From NCBI GenBank assembly GCA_964106915.2, contig OZ066917.1: 64,000 bases of DNA. The stretch is one strand, 5' to 3'. Position numbers and translations under genes: made by a program. Of this stretch, positions 1 through 12,285 are shown piece after piece. The stretch is from Podarcis gaigeae. Its lineage: Eukaryota. Every line of letters begins with the position of its first letter. The stretch's first letter is position 1. Under the pieces are notes generated by a model that worked only from the letters and a program-made list of their open reading frames with translations, was not told where the DNA came from and did not search any database.

Positions 1-110
1 TGCAATGCAGGAGTCTCAACTGAAGCATCCATGACAGATAGACGTCTAAGGAACGACAGTCCAGCACCTACCGAGGTAGTTTGTACTTCTAAGGTTCTTG
101 TGTTATGTTC
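1..110 (-). mobile_element. Degenerate CR1-type LINE 3' fragment
   Basis: TGCAATGCAGGA...CATCCATGACAGATAG resembles a reversed CR1 3' end. Confidence 0.4.
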
Positions 111-719
111 CTAATAGTCTGTGAGTTAGCTGATAAAAGCAGTCTGGGCCACACACAGATGCCATTGGTGGAACTATGAGAGTTTAGGAGAACTTTTAAA
201 CTGTACAACTGTTTTTGAGGTTAGGGGCAAGATCATGGAAACTGTAATCATACCCATTTTTTAAAAATGGAAATTTGAATCTAAGTATCTCTTGCATCAT
301 TTTTCATGATTAGGAGGACTTAAGGAATGGGTACATTTGTGCTTTCCTGGCAAGTCAGAAGTTAAGCTAGAACAGAATGAGAGTCCCATTAACATGATTA
401 GTGTTAATATATTGAACTATTTATTTATCTCATTTATAAATAGCTTCCTATGAAGCATCTCAAAGCAATTTTGCAATACAGTAAAAAAAGTATTATTAAA
501 AATTGAATGTATAAAAACAATTAAAAACAATTTCAAACCCAATACAGACATTGACTGGCTGACAAAGATGGAGATGATATTAGTTAGAGAAATTCCTAGC
601 ATAGAGAGTATTTGCTTGCTTGTAACAGGACGGTATCCTGAACTGAACAGATAAGCAGCTTGGAGGAGCTTTCAAGAATGTTAGTGCTATTGCTCAGAGT
701 CACTTTTTTCCATATGTAC

Positions 720-1100
720 TTGGTTCATAGGCTGCCACCTCTTATGGATAGATTACCTGTCACTACAGTGATCCATGCTCAAGTGCTAAACTTCACTGTT
801 AAAGAACATTCTACAGGAGACTGGTCTTGAGAACCTTGAAGTTTCAACTGGTCCGGAATACTGCTGTACACCTGTACCAGTTACACTAGTCACTATTTCA
901 GCTTCAATTCAATATGCTGGAGTTACCGTAACTTTTAAAGGCTTTCATGGCTTGGGACTAATACCTGGTAGCCTATCTTCAGTTGATGCCTCTCCTGTTA
1001 ACATTGCTAACTGCTATATCCTTCTATTGAGTATAGATATCAACAGCTAGGAAGAAAGCATTTGCCTGAGGAAATATTGAAGTTTACATACAAGTTAGAA
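720..1100 (+). mobile_element. Old L2 LINE remnant
   Basis: Decayed motifs shared with the L2 copies at 30874 and 33293 (ACAGTGATCCATGC, TTCAACTGGTCCGGAAT, TTTAAAGGCTTTCATGGCTTGGGAC). Confidence 0.5.
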
Positions 1101-1745
1101 TTTCAGAGGGGGGACGAAACTTCTATATTGACAAACTCTGGGTAGATTTGTTTTGTTACTGGCCTGTTTTGTTAATTGTTATTGTACTGATTCTGTGGAT
1201 GTTTTTGAGCTTCTGGAAAAGCAATGTTAAGCAGTTAAAATGAACAAGCCCTCTACCCTTCTGTGCTTTAAACCACATTTTCCACCTATCTGCTCAGGTT
1301 TTCAAAACCCATTGGCACTACCCTGCCCTCTTTCTTTAGCTACCACATTTCTGGTGCTGTTATTATTCCCCCCTTTCCCCAAAGCTGCTCAGCTTGCTTC
1401 TTGACCAGTTATGTGAGATTACACTAACCAGATTGTCCTTCTTCTGTTGTCATAGAATTTGCACTACTGAATTTTTTCCTCAGAAAAATTAATATACTGT
1501 ACTGATGATAAATTAGTATGTAATTTGAAAGTTCTCATTTGTTATACCATGAGTTGAGATTATGTTAGATTGGTCAATGGTTTTTGACACAGTTTTCACA
1601 GCTTTTTCACTTACTCTTTTCTTAATACTCGGTACAGATGTAATTAAGCACTGCTAAGTAAAAGTGGGTTCTGAGATTCATGTTATTTTCCTCTTGCTCC
1701 CCCCCACTATCTAGCATGAATTCTTATCCTTACCACTAGCCTAGA

Positions 1746-1994
1746 CAATGGTAGGCAAATTAAGGCCCAGGGGCCAGATCCGGCCCAATCACCTTCTAAA
1801 TCTGGCCTGCAGACAGGCCGGGAATCAGCGTGTTTTTACATGAGTAGAATGTGTGCTTTTATTTAAAATGCATCTCTGGGATATTTGTGGGGCATAGGAA
1901 TTCATTCCCCCCAAAAAACAAATATAGTCTGGCCCCCCACAAGGTCTGAGGGACAGTGGACCGGCCCCCTGCTGAAATAGTTTGCTGACCGCTA
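1746..1994. mobile_element. Non-autonomous hAT (Charlie/OC1-like) DNA transposon
   Basis: Degenerate TIRs CAATGGTAGGCAAA / TTTGCTGACCGCTA, flanking duplication (A)GCCTAG, and the subterminal motif GGTCTGAGGGACAGTGGACCGGCCCCCTG. Confidence 0.8.
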
Positions 1995-4900
1995 GCCTAG
2001 CCCATGGTTTTTACAAGCCAAAGTTCTCTCTCATCTTTGACCATATTAAAAACATCACAGTTTGCTCTAGGTCTTAGGGCTGAAACAGATGCAAGACAGC
2101 AAATTTCTGATTTCTCCCATTCCCCATTTGAAAGCAATCACAGGGGCTCTAATTTTGTTCATAAAAGGAAAGGAGTGATCCCCCCCTCCTTCCCAACTCC
2201 CACATGATTTTCCTTATCAAAATCAACTCTCTCTTCCTGAAGCTGCTATTAGCTCACCAGTGGAGAAAATGTAGGCACAGTACAGATACATGTATTTTTC
2301 CCCACTACTGGTTTAATAACAGATTTGGGGGTAGTAATTTAGAGAGAAAAATATGGAGGTGAAGGATATTTCCCCCTTCCTTAGTGCCACTGATTGAGTG
2401 AAAATTGGAGCCCCCACAGCTTCTTTAAAAGTTAGAAGAAAGAACATCAGGAAATCTGATACTGGATTTGCTACATAACACATTTTTAGCCCTTAGTTGT
2501 GGAGTTGGAAAAGCTGCTGAAGGAATTCCATTATTTATACTACTAATTTATAGTACTTTGTTCTGGTTGTGACATTAGTATTGCAGTATTTGGTGTCTTT
2601 TTAATGTCTTATGGTGGTAACTTTCCTTTGGTTAAAATGTGGAACAAAAATGAAAAATAAACAAAATCAAGGGTTTCATTCATTGATACCTCTTACAGTG
2701 ATGGAAAGGCCTTAGATTCTGATGAGGCTTCCATCAGCAGAGTGGTCAGGAAGGTAATATTAGCTGATGCACTCTTTAAGATCTCGAATCTTCTCTGGAT
2801 TCAGCCTCCTGTATACTTCCAAAGTCTACTACAACAAGCGTTGATGGACTCTTCAGAACAGCATACTAGGTTGTCTCCAGGAGGAAGGGGGAATAAACAT
2901 CTCTTCTGTTCTTGTTCAGGTTACAGAGCCCAGTTTGGGCTTTCCTTCAGTGCAAGTGACACCACTGGATACAACCTTAAGGTTAAATTGTATGTAAACT
3001 ACAAAAGAAATATGATGTTTCGGCCCCAGCTTTTTCCATTGCTATATTCGGACTCCAGACTTCCATAATCAAGTCAACTTTCACTTGAGAGTCAAAGGTC
3101 CAGAGTGTTTTCAGAGTTCACACAATTTTATTATTTATACCCTGCTCTTCTGAAGTAGACCTGTTCAAATTAATGGGCCTAACCTAGCCATGTTCATTAA
3201 TTTCAGTGAGTCTACTCTGACCAAAAGTTGGTTGAATATTACCTTAGAATTCACCAAAAATAAACCTTAAGCACCTGTCTCTAACATGTCTGTAAGAACA
3301 AAGTTTAAACCAGTGAAAACAGGCTGGTGTTTCAGAAGAAAAAAGATAAGATAATCCTCTGGTAATGGACCTGGGTTACAAAGTGTATAGTCATGATGAC
3401 ATTGAAGGAAGCACAGTAAAATAGAGAACATTTATCTTCGTTGGACTGCTTAAGCTGAGTACTGAGTATTCTGACCTTGATTCTTTTAGGAGATGGATCA
3501 TTTCAAAGCCTAAATATAGGGGGAAGTGGTCTCTCAGATAAAGTTACAGACACTTGATTTAGCACTGGGTAAAGTTCTCCTTCTTACTAAATTTAAAGGG
3601 ATGTCCTCCAATAGGGTAAAAATGAAGGATTTCCTACAACTTCAACTACTTTTACTGTAATTTATATCTTTCTCTAAATTATTTAGACAAGGTGTAGGTT
3701 GATTCTTTCTAAATTCTGTTTTGAATTTAGATGGAAAAACACAATATTTTACATCATTAATGAACTATTCTTCCAGATAGTGGTTAGGAACTTTAGACTT
3801 CTCACGTTTTTGTCTCGGGGATTGATCTTTGTCACATTTATAAACTATGGCTCACATAATAGTTCTTCTCCATCCCTATTTAATCTTTGACCTGGCTTTC
3901 CTGAGAAAGCAAACTAGGTTGTCAATTAGTGCTAATTAGTATCTATCATTTGGGGAATAGAGACAGCATGCCAGCCATGAGTAGGGTTGGCTGCTTTCTT
4001 TTTAAAAAAATAACTGCTTAAAAAATTCTGGAAATATTTGGGGTGATTGACTTATCATTCTCAGAGTAGACCCAGGGTAATCAGTGTAATTAAGTCCATT
4101 TATTTCAGGGGGTCTACTCCACGAATATTGCCACATATATGCCAATTCTGTATATTCAACTAGTCGTAGATTACTTTAAGAAAATGAAAATATATTCTGA
4201 ATGAGAATTGTTTCTGTGTCCAGTGCTCTTTGTTGGTTTAGTATTTCTGTTTTGTCAGTGTTGCATGTCTGTAAGTTCAAGTAATCTCAAACTGCACACA
4301 TTCCATTCAATGCTCCAATAAACATCCCAGCTGAAGATACCTTGATACAGAAAGTGCCAATTAGAACCTTCTTTGTACCTCTGCAATACCTCCTACGTAA
4401 CATGGGATAATGAAGAAATTTCTTTGTAACTGTATGCAATTGCTTTTAAAGAAGAGCACATAATTATATATGTAATTAGTATAAGAATGTGGTTTATCTT
4501 AACTTGCATGCCAAGCAAAACTTAAAAGATTCCACTAATACCTTCAAGCAGCCAACCCTACCCTAAAAATTAAGGAATTTTAAAGATGAGGTCTTGATTC
4601 ATGTCAGCTTTGCAGGAATAAAAAGTAGGGAAAGAAAGCAATTGCCAGGCATTACCAGTACACCAGTACAAGAGGCTACAAAACATACCACAGCCCAGCT
4701 GGAGCATACATCTCAGAAACAGAGCTCCTTTGGGGAGGCAGAGATTATTTCAGGTCATGGTGGACTCCACTCCAGACCACTGCTAGAGCAGATTATTGGC
4801 TGTCTACCAAAGCCCTGCTGGTGAACCTAGGTTTATTTTGGAATCCCACAATATTTGGAGGCACACTCTGTATTTAGACTTGCACTGCATGCTATACCCT

Positions 4901-5311
4901 ATTCCCTGAGCCCTACAGTCCATTCTTTTTTCGACTGCAAATACTTCACAGTCTCACCTATCTATATCCATCTAGTGGTCCTCTGCTGGTGGGAAATAGA
5001 CGTGCAATGAAAGAAAATATCAAATAAAGAAACATTCTAAGACTTTTAAAAAAACATCCATTTAAAACAAGGGTTATTACTCTTTACAAATTCACTGATG
5101 CACCAAAAATCAGAACGTTATCATTTAGGCTCATGCCTTAACTTCCACATTATATAAGCAGTATCAAAGTTACGGTATATCCTCTCTCATTTTGTGTTCG
5201 CTTACAATTTATATTCCATTAATCTATGATTTGTCTTTGTGCACCAGTCCTCTTCCTCTGAGGTTCACGGTGAGAGTGAAGTTGGTATCAGTATATCATT
5301 GCTTAATAGGA

Positions 5312-5480
5312 GGCACCACTTTAGCTAATGGGGCCTCCCGCTGCTGCTGCGCCGCCGGAGCACGATTTCTGTTCTCATCCTGAAGCAAAGTTCTTAAACT
5401 GAGGTACTATTTCTGGGTTAGCGGGGTCTGTAACCTGAAGCGTCTATAACCTGAAGCGTCTGAAACCCGAGCTACCACTG
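5312..5480 (-). mobile_element. Truncated Tc1/mariner-type MITE
   Basis: Ends ...GCTACCACTG followed by TA. It is a reverse-complement homologue of the full copy at 53357-53598, with internal TAACCTGAAGCGTC repeats. Confidence 0.85.
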
Positions 5481-5542
5481 TAAACGCTTAAAATTCTAAA
5501 CTGCATAATTTACAACATCTTTTTTTCTTTCTTCTCTTACAG

Positions 5543-5727
5543 ATTACTGAGGTATTTGAGGGCATATGTACATCTAATAAAACAGTGCATGAACACATCA
5601 GTAGCCTCCAAGAAGGAAAAAGACATAAACTGAAAAGTGGCAGATTGTCCATGCTCAGCTGTCTGAACCAAGTCCAGAAAAAGAAACAAAAGGAGGATCA
5701 TCAGATGAACTCTGCAAACAAAATCAG
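5543..5727 (+). other. Candidate upstream 5' UTR exon of NRIP1 (185 nt)
   Basis: Strong acceptor TTTTTTCTTTCTTCTCTTACAG|A, purine-rich body, and donor CAG|GTAATC. NRIP1 is known to have non-coding 5' exons. No transcript evidence is available here. Confidence 0.55.
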
Positions 5728-7107
5728 GTAATCCAGACTCCACAATCTTGACATAAACTTGAGTGGGGTGGATTTTTTTTTATTTATGGTAAGCTTCCCT
5801 TATGTCAGCAGCTCATGCCAAGGCACAAGTGAAGTATGTTGATATTGTGTGCCGTCACCCCACAACTGTAACATCTCACTACTGCTGTGTCCATAAGGAG
5901 AGCTGCATGCTATTCTCCCATGAAGTCCTTTTGTTAGCTCTGCAGCAGAAGTAGAATCCTATTTATTGCAACTGGCATTATTCAAAAGCTCTCTGCTCAT
6001 CAGCAATGATGTTTTTGTTTTTTTCATTTGTCATGGATCTCCAAATCTAATTCAACCACTGGAAATTGAAGGTGTTCTCAGGACCATTAGGGTTGACTAT
6101 TACTTAAATTTCTGTAGTTACATGCACACAGTTAAGTGCAATTTATGCACACAACTTCTGTATGCTTTTTGTCATTTAAAAATACATGTAGGTAGGAACC
6201 CAAACTAGGTAACGCTGTTGATTTAACACAGTATCAAATTCAAATTTGTATGTCTTGACTGGTGACTTGGAGAATGTTTTTGTTTGGCCCATTTAAGTAT
6301 GTCTTTTACTGCTACCTAGATTGCATAGGGTAAATAGCGGCAGTGGCAGATGATGGAGCATGGAGTGGCAGTGGGGTAAGGTTGGGGGAGCTCTAAGTTG
6401 GCAGCAGTGCCACCTGGTTCTCCCCTGACTTCATCACTGCTTTACATATCCTGGGGAGTGCAGCACCATCACTGGAAATGTGTTGCTGCCACTCCAGCCC
6501 TGCTCATTTTTCCCTGCTGGCAAATGGCATATTTTTCTTTTCTGCTAATGATTAATCCTGTGCTCTGTCAGTTTTTCACATAGCAATACAGTTAAAAGAT
6601 CATGAATTCATGGCAAATTGGGAATATTTATAGTATTTACATCTTGCCATATCGTACTTACAAAGGAGGACCACATAAAGTGGTGGCTCAATTTTCTGGT
6701 CAATAGTAGTACTTTTCAAGGAGGGGGAAATAAGTATTTCCTGGGGGAAAACTTTAATTGCAAAATCTTTAAGTGTGTTTGTTTGTTTTGTTCCTGTGTG
6801 CTGCTATTGTTTGAGCTGGCTCAAAATGCACCCACCTGTCTTGATGAGGGCAATGCAATTATGGATATTTTTAAGGTGCTTCTTTTAGCTAATGGCTTGG
6901 CTCGAATTGTGTTTTATATTGTAGGAGTGTTAGAATTTTAGTATTGATGTTTTATTGAAGTTATGGGCAATTTGTAGAAATTGCATTTGTGTTTCTTATT
7001 CCATCGTTTTATTGTTGAAGCTGTAATTTTAAATTGTTATTACATTAAGCTTTCTTGATAGTTTGACTCAGAAAAAGTGGCCTATAAATATTTTAAAATA
7101 AATGATA

Positions 7108-7478
7108 CCTATCCCAGTGTAGTTGGAAAAAACAGTTGTGCACAACTGTTTTTTCCAACTACAACTGTTTTTTCCAACTACACTGGGATAGGCTTGCGGA
7201 CCCTCGCCCGAAGCACGGGGAGCCCTCCGGAGGGCTCTGCGTGCTTTGGGTGGCAGGCTGCCGCCCAAAGCCTCGCGTGCCCGGTGGGACCTCCCGCCGG
7301 GCTTGCAAGGCTTACGGATAGCTTCCTGAAGCCTGGAGAGCAAGAGGGGTCGGTGCGCACCGATGCCTCTCGCTCTCCAGGCTTCAGCGAAAACCTGCAT
7401 TTGCCCCATAGGATACACACACATTTCCCCTTCATTTTTGGAGGGGAAAAAGTGCGTCCTATGGGGTGAAAAATACGG
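7108..7478. mobile_element. Truncated TcMar (Tc2-like) non-autonomous element built of tandem hairpins
   Basis: One TIR (...CCTATGGGGTGAAAAATACGG followed by TA), a subterminal inverted copy (GCCCCATAGGA), and a GC/CpG-rich interior with four palindromes. Confidence 0.7.
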
Positions 7479-7695
7479 TAATATGGATAGACAATGGGTG
7501 ACCTATAGGGAATGGTTGGGTCTTACAGGGAGGGAACCCAGACTGAACCCAATGGAAGACTTAAGGAGCCAAGTTACTGCTTGGTTACAGTATCATCAGT
7601 TACACGATATGTTTAAGTTAGATTTTTTTAAAAAAATGGATTCCCCAAACCAGAGCTCACAATTTGAAAGAGAATTATTACAGAATAATTGGTGA
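7479..7695 (+). mobile_element. L1-type LINE ORF2 fragment
   Basis: Translates NMDRQWVTYREWLGLTGREPRLNPMEDLRSQVTAWLQYHQLHDMFKLDF..SQFERELL, resembling the post-RT region of lizard L1 ORF2 (recalled similarity). Confidence 0.6.
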
Positions 7696-8315
7696 GTGTG
7701 ACCCTTGGACTGGAACAGGATAGACACTTGTAGTCTAGTGCTATGTGATTGGGTCAGAGCAAAGCATTGGTCTAATGTGGATCTAGACTTTGGCAAAGCT
7801 TAGCTTCACTTTTACAGTATCCAAGTTACATTGTGTTGTGATGAGCGATCCTGGTTTACAACAACCTCCTGGTTAGGTTTGAAGTTGACTTGTATCCAGC
7901 ATATATCTGCTTGTAGCATTGGTGCCTAAGATACTTTGATTCCCCATCCTTTCGCTTATTTCTTTGTCCATTAAGCAAATATAGGGCTGTATCCAACATA
8001 TTGTGAATGGAAAATGGCTCTCACAGTGACCATTCCCATCTTCCTTACTGTAACCTTCTGTCTCCCCATAAGTGCCCAAAGCCTCTGTTTATTTTTATTG
8101 TCCCTGGTTGTGAGAACAATAACACAGGATATTTGTACAAATAGATAATGCTACATGGCATGAGAATTATCATATAACAGCAGTGCAGATAAATTGTATT
8201 AAAATTTTATATATATTTCTCCTGAAACTTGTTCCAAAACATAATAGGGTCACTAATATTTTTAGCCTTGACAAAAAACACAAGATGGAATTCAGCCTTG
8301 TGCCAAGGCAATTGT

Positions 8316-8318
<3 letters not shown>

Positions 8319-8362
<44 letters not shown>
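8319..8362. repeat. (AAT)n microsatellite
   Basis: Directly visible. Confidence 0.98.
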
Positions 8363-8538
8363 TTATTATTTATACTCCGTACATCTGTCAGAGCAAGGAT
8401 TTCTTCTTGCCAGATGGAACAGTCTGCCCTCTCCTGCCCTGCACCCTGCCCTGGGCTTTCTTCTGACCCTCCAGAACAGATTTGGGGAGGGGTGTAGAGG
8501 TTGCATAAGGAGATGGGGAGGAATCCATTCCTCTAGCG

Positions 8539-8676
8539 CAGCGGTTCTCAAGCTGTGGGTCCCCAAATGTAGTTGGACTACAACCCCCATCATCCCTGAC
8601 CACTGGTCATGCTGGCTAGGAATTATGGGAGCTGTGGTCCAACAACATCTGGGGACCCACAGGTTGAGAAACACTG
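8539..8676. mobile_element. Palindromic hAT MITE (~137 bp)
   Basis: TIRs CAGCGGTTCTCAAGCTGTGGGTCCCC / GGGGACCCACAGGTTGAGAAACACTG. The core GACTACAACcCCCATCATCCCTGACCACTGG is shared with the copies at 14528 and 43647. Confidence 0.85.
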
Positions 8677-10529
8677 CATCTACCGGGACTTGTTGATTTT
8701 AGCCCAAGGATCTGAAAGAAGAAATTGGAAACAATGTCACTCTTCAAACCTCCTTTTTTGGGGGAAGTGGGGGAGAATATAACCACCCCATCATCATGGG
8801 GTAGTTGGTGCAAAAACTCAGAGGCTTCATGGGCACCAGGGGAAGATCTCAATGATACCATTGGACCCATACAAACCATGTCAAAGATCTTTGTTTTAAA
8901 AGGTGGTGGGGAAGCTATTCAACACTGAGCTATGTCATAATAGGCATGCAGCATCCCGTGGTAACGCAAAACTGCTTTGCACTTATGCACAGGCTGCTTT
9001 GGATTAACAATAGAACTGTAGGTTGGTTGGAAGGAATCAATAGATTACCTACCTTATTCAGACAATAGCTTGTGACAGAAAATAACACTTCTTTCATTAA
9101 CATAGACTAGTTTTCTCTGGGTTTGATGTTGTGTTTTGAATGCTGTGCTACAGAAAATAAATACATGGATTTGTTTATAATACCTTAAAAACTACACTAT
9201 ATAAGGAAATGCAGTGTATTTTCTGGTAAGTGTATTAAAATCCCTGAAGCTTTGATCAGAAGCCAGCTGTTACATCAGTCCTATTTGTAATCTTATTTTC
9301 TGATCAGTGACCTTGAACTTGTACCATGCATATGTCAAATCTATTTTAGCAGTAAACAAACCATAGGATTTTACTGCAACTTTAATAATTGTTCAATAGG
9401 ATTTAAAAGTTCAAAACAGTTATTAATTTTGTTCTTTTTCCAGTAATCATAAAATATTTTAAGAAAAGTACAATTATTTATAGTGATTTAGAATATTTTC
9501 CAAAATGTGCATTATTTGTCAATAATGGGTGTGTGTGTGTGTGCACATATACTTTGTGATCAAGTCTTCTCCAGCTCTCAAATTCATTTTTATAACGGAG
9601 TTTGATACATTTATTTATGCATTCTTATCTACATTTTTACTCTTCTATTAATAATTTAGTACTGAAGTTAAATGATCATGTAATTAACTTTGTTCAAGCA
9701 TCGACTGAGACTTTGGAATGTACTGAAACACAATAATGTCAAAATACATTTCCTAATTCTAAAAAAATATTAATTTTGATTCATATATAATTTAAAGTGG
9801 TCCATTTTAATAACTAGATGTTTTCCATCAATATTTCAAAACAGATTTCTATGGTGTCATGAATTGTGTATGTTTTAGTAAAGCTTCACTTTTCAAACCA
9901 GCTAAAATGTCCCCCCAAACACAAAAGATGTTAACAACCAAATACCTAGAAAAACAGAAAAAGCTTTGTCTGTTGCTGAAAAGATGTTAATGTCAGCGCC
10001 AGGCAGGCCTCCCATTCCATAGGCAAGGGATCCACTTCTAAGAAGGCCTCATATGCAATACATTATAATGCAATTATAATTAAATAATTAAGAATAGAGA
10101 TGACTTAAAGTTGAAAATTGAATGTTATACTGATACTAACGTTAAATCATAATCTTAATCTTATAGTCACATTTTCCTAATATGAAGAGCAGGCTGCTAA
10201 TTACTCAATAATTCACACAGTGTTTTTCTCCCTCATATGTACACATATAAACTCTCTGTAATGTGTTCCTCACATCATTCCCTGTGACACTTAACACTTG
10301 GCTACTATTCCCGCCCCCACCAGTTGCTTCCATTGAAGTGCATAATATGGGAACCATAACAGCCTTGAACAGCAGAAAGCAGTTGTTACGGCAAGTTAAA
10401 TTAGCCTAAATCCACATACCCTGTTTTGAATGTTGGTTTTGGCTAGAATGTGCAGTCCTAAGCTGCGTCTGATTTAAGCATGTTATGAAAGGAAATATGG
10501 TTAAAAACAATTTCCCATTTTATTCCTAG

Positions 10530-11173
10530 TGCTACAGGCCACCCCAATCTCTGCTGAGCGGTAACAAGATTCCAGGGGTCTTGGGCCCCTAACAAGGATT
10601 TGTGTTCCTTGGGAATGAGGTGCAGCAGAAACTGCCCTGTCTTTATGAAATGTGGTTTACTTTGCACACATATTTATAACCTGAGTTTTGGTGGAGGAAG
10701 TGCAGAACAACACACTGCAAGAGGGTCTCTCGTTGCTTCTCTCATAGCTTCGGCATATTTGGGTCCAAAGCAGAAGGGGACCAGGCTCTGCGTGCAGCTT
10801 TCTCCAACCAGTGCCTCTCATTCTTCTTCCCCAAAACACCTGCTGCAAAACCTGTTTTAAAAGGATACCTTTTTTCCTGTGGTGACATCATACCCCGTTA
10901 CCACTGGAAACCTCCCTCTCTCAGTTCTTCTGTTGCTGTCCACTTCTTCGTTGGCAGGGAGGACCGCATCTGCATGGTCAGTTGTTCTTAATGGCCCAGT
11001 ACTTGGGTCTCTTAAGGGCATCGCTAGCAACCATTTTCTGAACAGGAGGACTGGTTCAGCCTATATTTTTCACTGGCCTAGCATCTTCCCTCCATACTCC
11101 AAATACTGGCTAAAATCTGCCTTCTACTAAAGTTAGGATTATGGGGAGTCTGCACCCTCCCCAATTAATAACT
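10530..11173 (-). mobile_element. Solo LTR (Gypsy-like), ~640 bp
   Basis: Both ends are reverse-complement homologues of the ends of the element at 61191-63084, e.g. CCAATCTC..CAAGATTCCAGGGG..TCTTTATGAAAT.TGGTTTA. Flanks are CTAG/CTAT, an imperfect 4-bp TSD. Confidence 0.65.
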
Positions 11174-11921
11174 CTATTATTAGTCATGTAAGCTGCAAAT
11201 TAATTGGTTGTGAAGTCCTCGTACTGAGTACAATGTTTATTCTTGGGAGAATGATTTGAATGGGAAACCTGATATTTGCAGATGTGTCAGTATTGATTTC
11301 CACTACTTAGGTAGTAAGATTCATTTCAAAAACTATCATTAATAGAACAAGTAGCAAAGATAAATAGCCCTTTCTTGCTATTTTGCAATTACTTTCTTTC
11401 CGTAGCATTCATGAAGACATATATAAAACATTCTACTAAGAGCTATGGCCACAACTTTCTGATTATCTATCATGTCTTTTGCTCAAAATTGCTGACATTT
11501 TATCAACATAAATTTGATAAATTACTTAAGAGTGTGTGTCCTTGGAGTGAATGTTTAAGCTAAATAACCTTTTTCTTCCTGTACTGCATTACTGCCCCCA
11601 ATCCAGAGATACGTGAGAAAAATAGTGTTTATGCAACCTAGTCCTCTCCCAATTAAAAAAGAGGGCAGAAGGGTTTATCTGCCTTAGGTTCAGCCCGCTC
11701 TTCTAACCCAGAGGATGAGATCTCAGGATCACTTGATCGAGAACCAGATATGCATCAAGGATACCTATATTGTGGTGGCAAAGGGGTGTGTGAAAATACT
11801 GTGGAAGTTATTTACTGTTCCAAGGACAGTAGTGTTACCACAGTTGTATATTCTAGGACCATATCATCTCAGCACTTTCAAATTTCCAAATATTAGTTGT
11901 TGACTGGTAATTATGCTGTTC

Positions 11922-12285
11922 ACGACGCGGGTGGCGCTGTGGGTTAAAGCCTCAGCGCCTAGGGCTTGCCGATCGAAAGGTCGGTGGTTCGAATCCCCGC
12001 TGCGGGGTGCGCTCCCGTTGCTCGGTCCCAGCGCCTGCCAACCTAGCAGTTCGAAAGCACCCCCGGGTGCAAGTAGATAAATAGGGACCGCTTACTGGCG
12101 GGAAGGTAAACGGCGTTTCCGTGTGCAGCTCTGGCTCGCCAGAGCAGCGATGTCACGCTGGCCATGTGACCCGGAAGTGTCTTTGGACAGCGCTGGCCCC
12201 TGGCCTCTTGAGTGAGATGGGCGCACAACCCCAGAGTCTGTCAAGACTGGCCCGTACGGGCAGGGGTACCTTTACCTTTTACCTT
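11922..12285 (+). mobile_element. Sauria SINE (Squam1), near full-length and young
   Basis: tRNA-like head with A box (GTGGCGCTGTGG) and B box (GGTTCGAATCC), (ACCTTT)n tail, and a perfect 14-bp TSD TAATTATGCTGTTC (11908-11921 / 12286-12299). Confidence 0.95.

Noticed and set aside
2699-2753. Possible extra small exons (TTACAG|...AAG|GTAATA here; also 41201-41238)
   Set aside because: Splice-like signals alone are common, and there is no other support.
11930-12000. tRNA gene-like A and B boxes
   Set aside because: They are the head of a SINE with a tail and TSD, not a tRNA gene.
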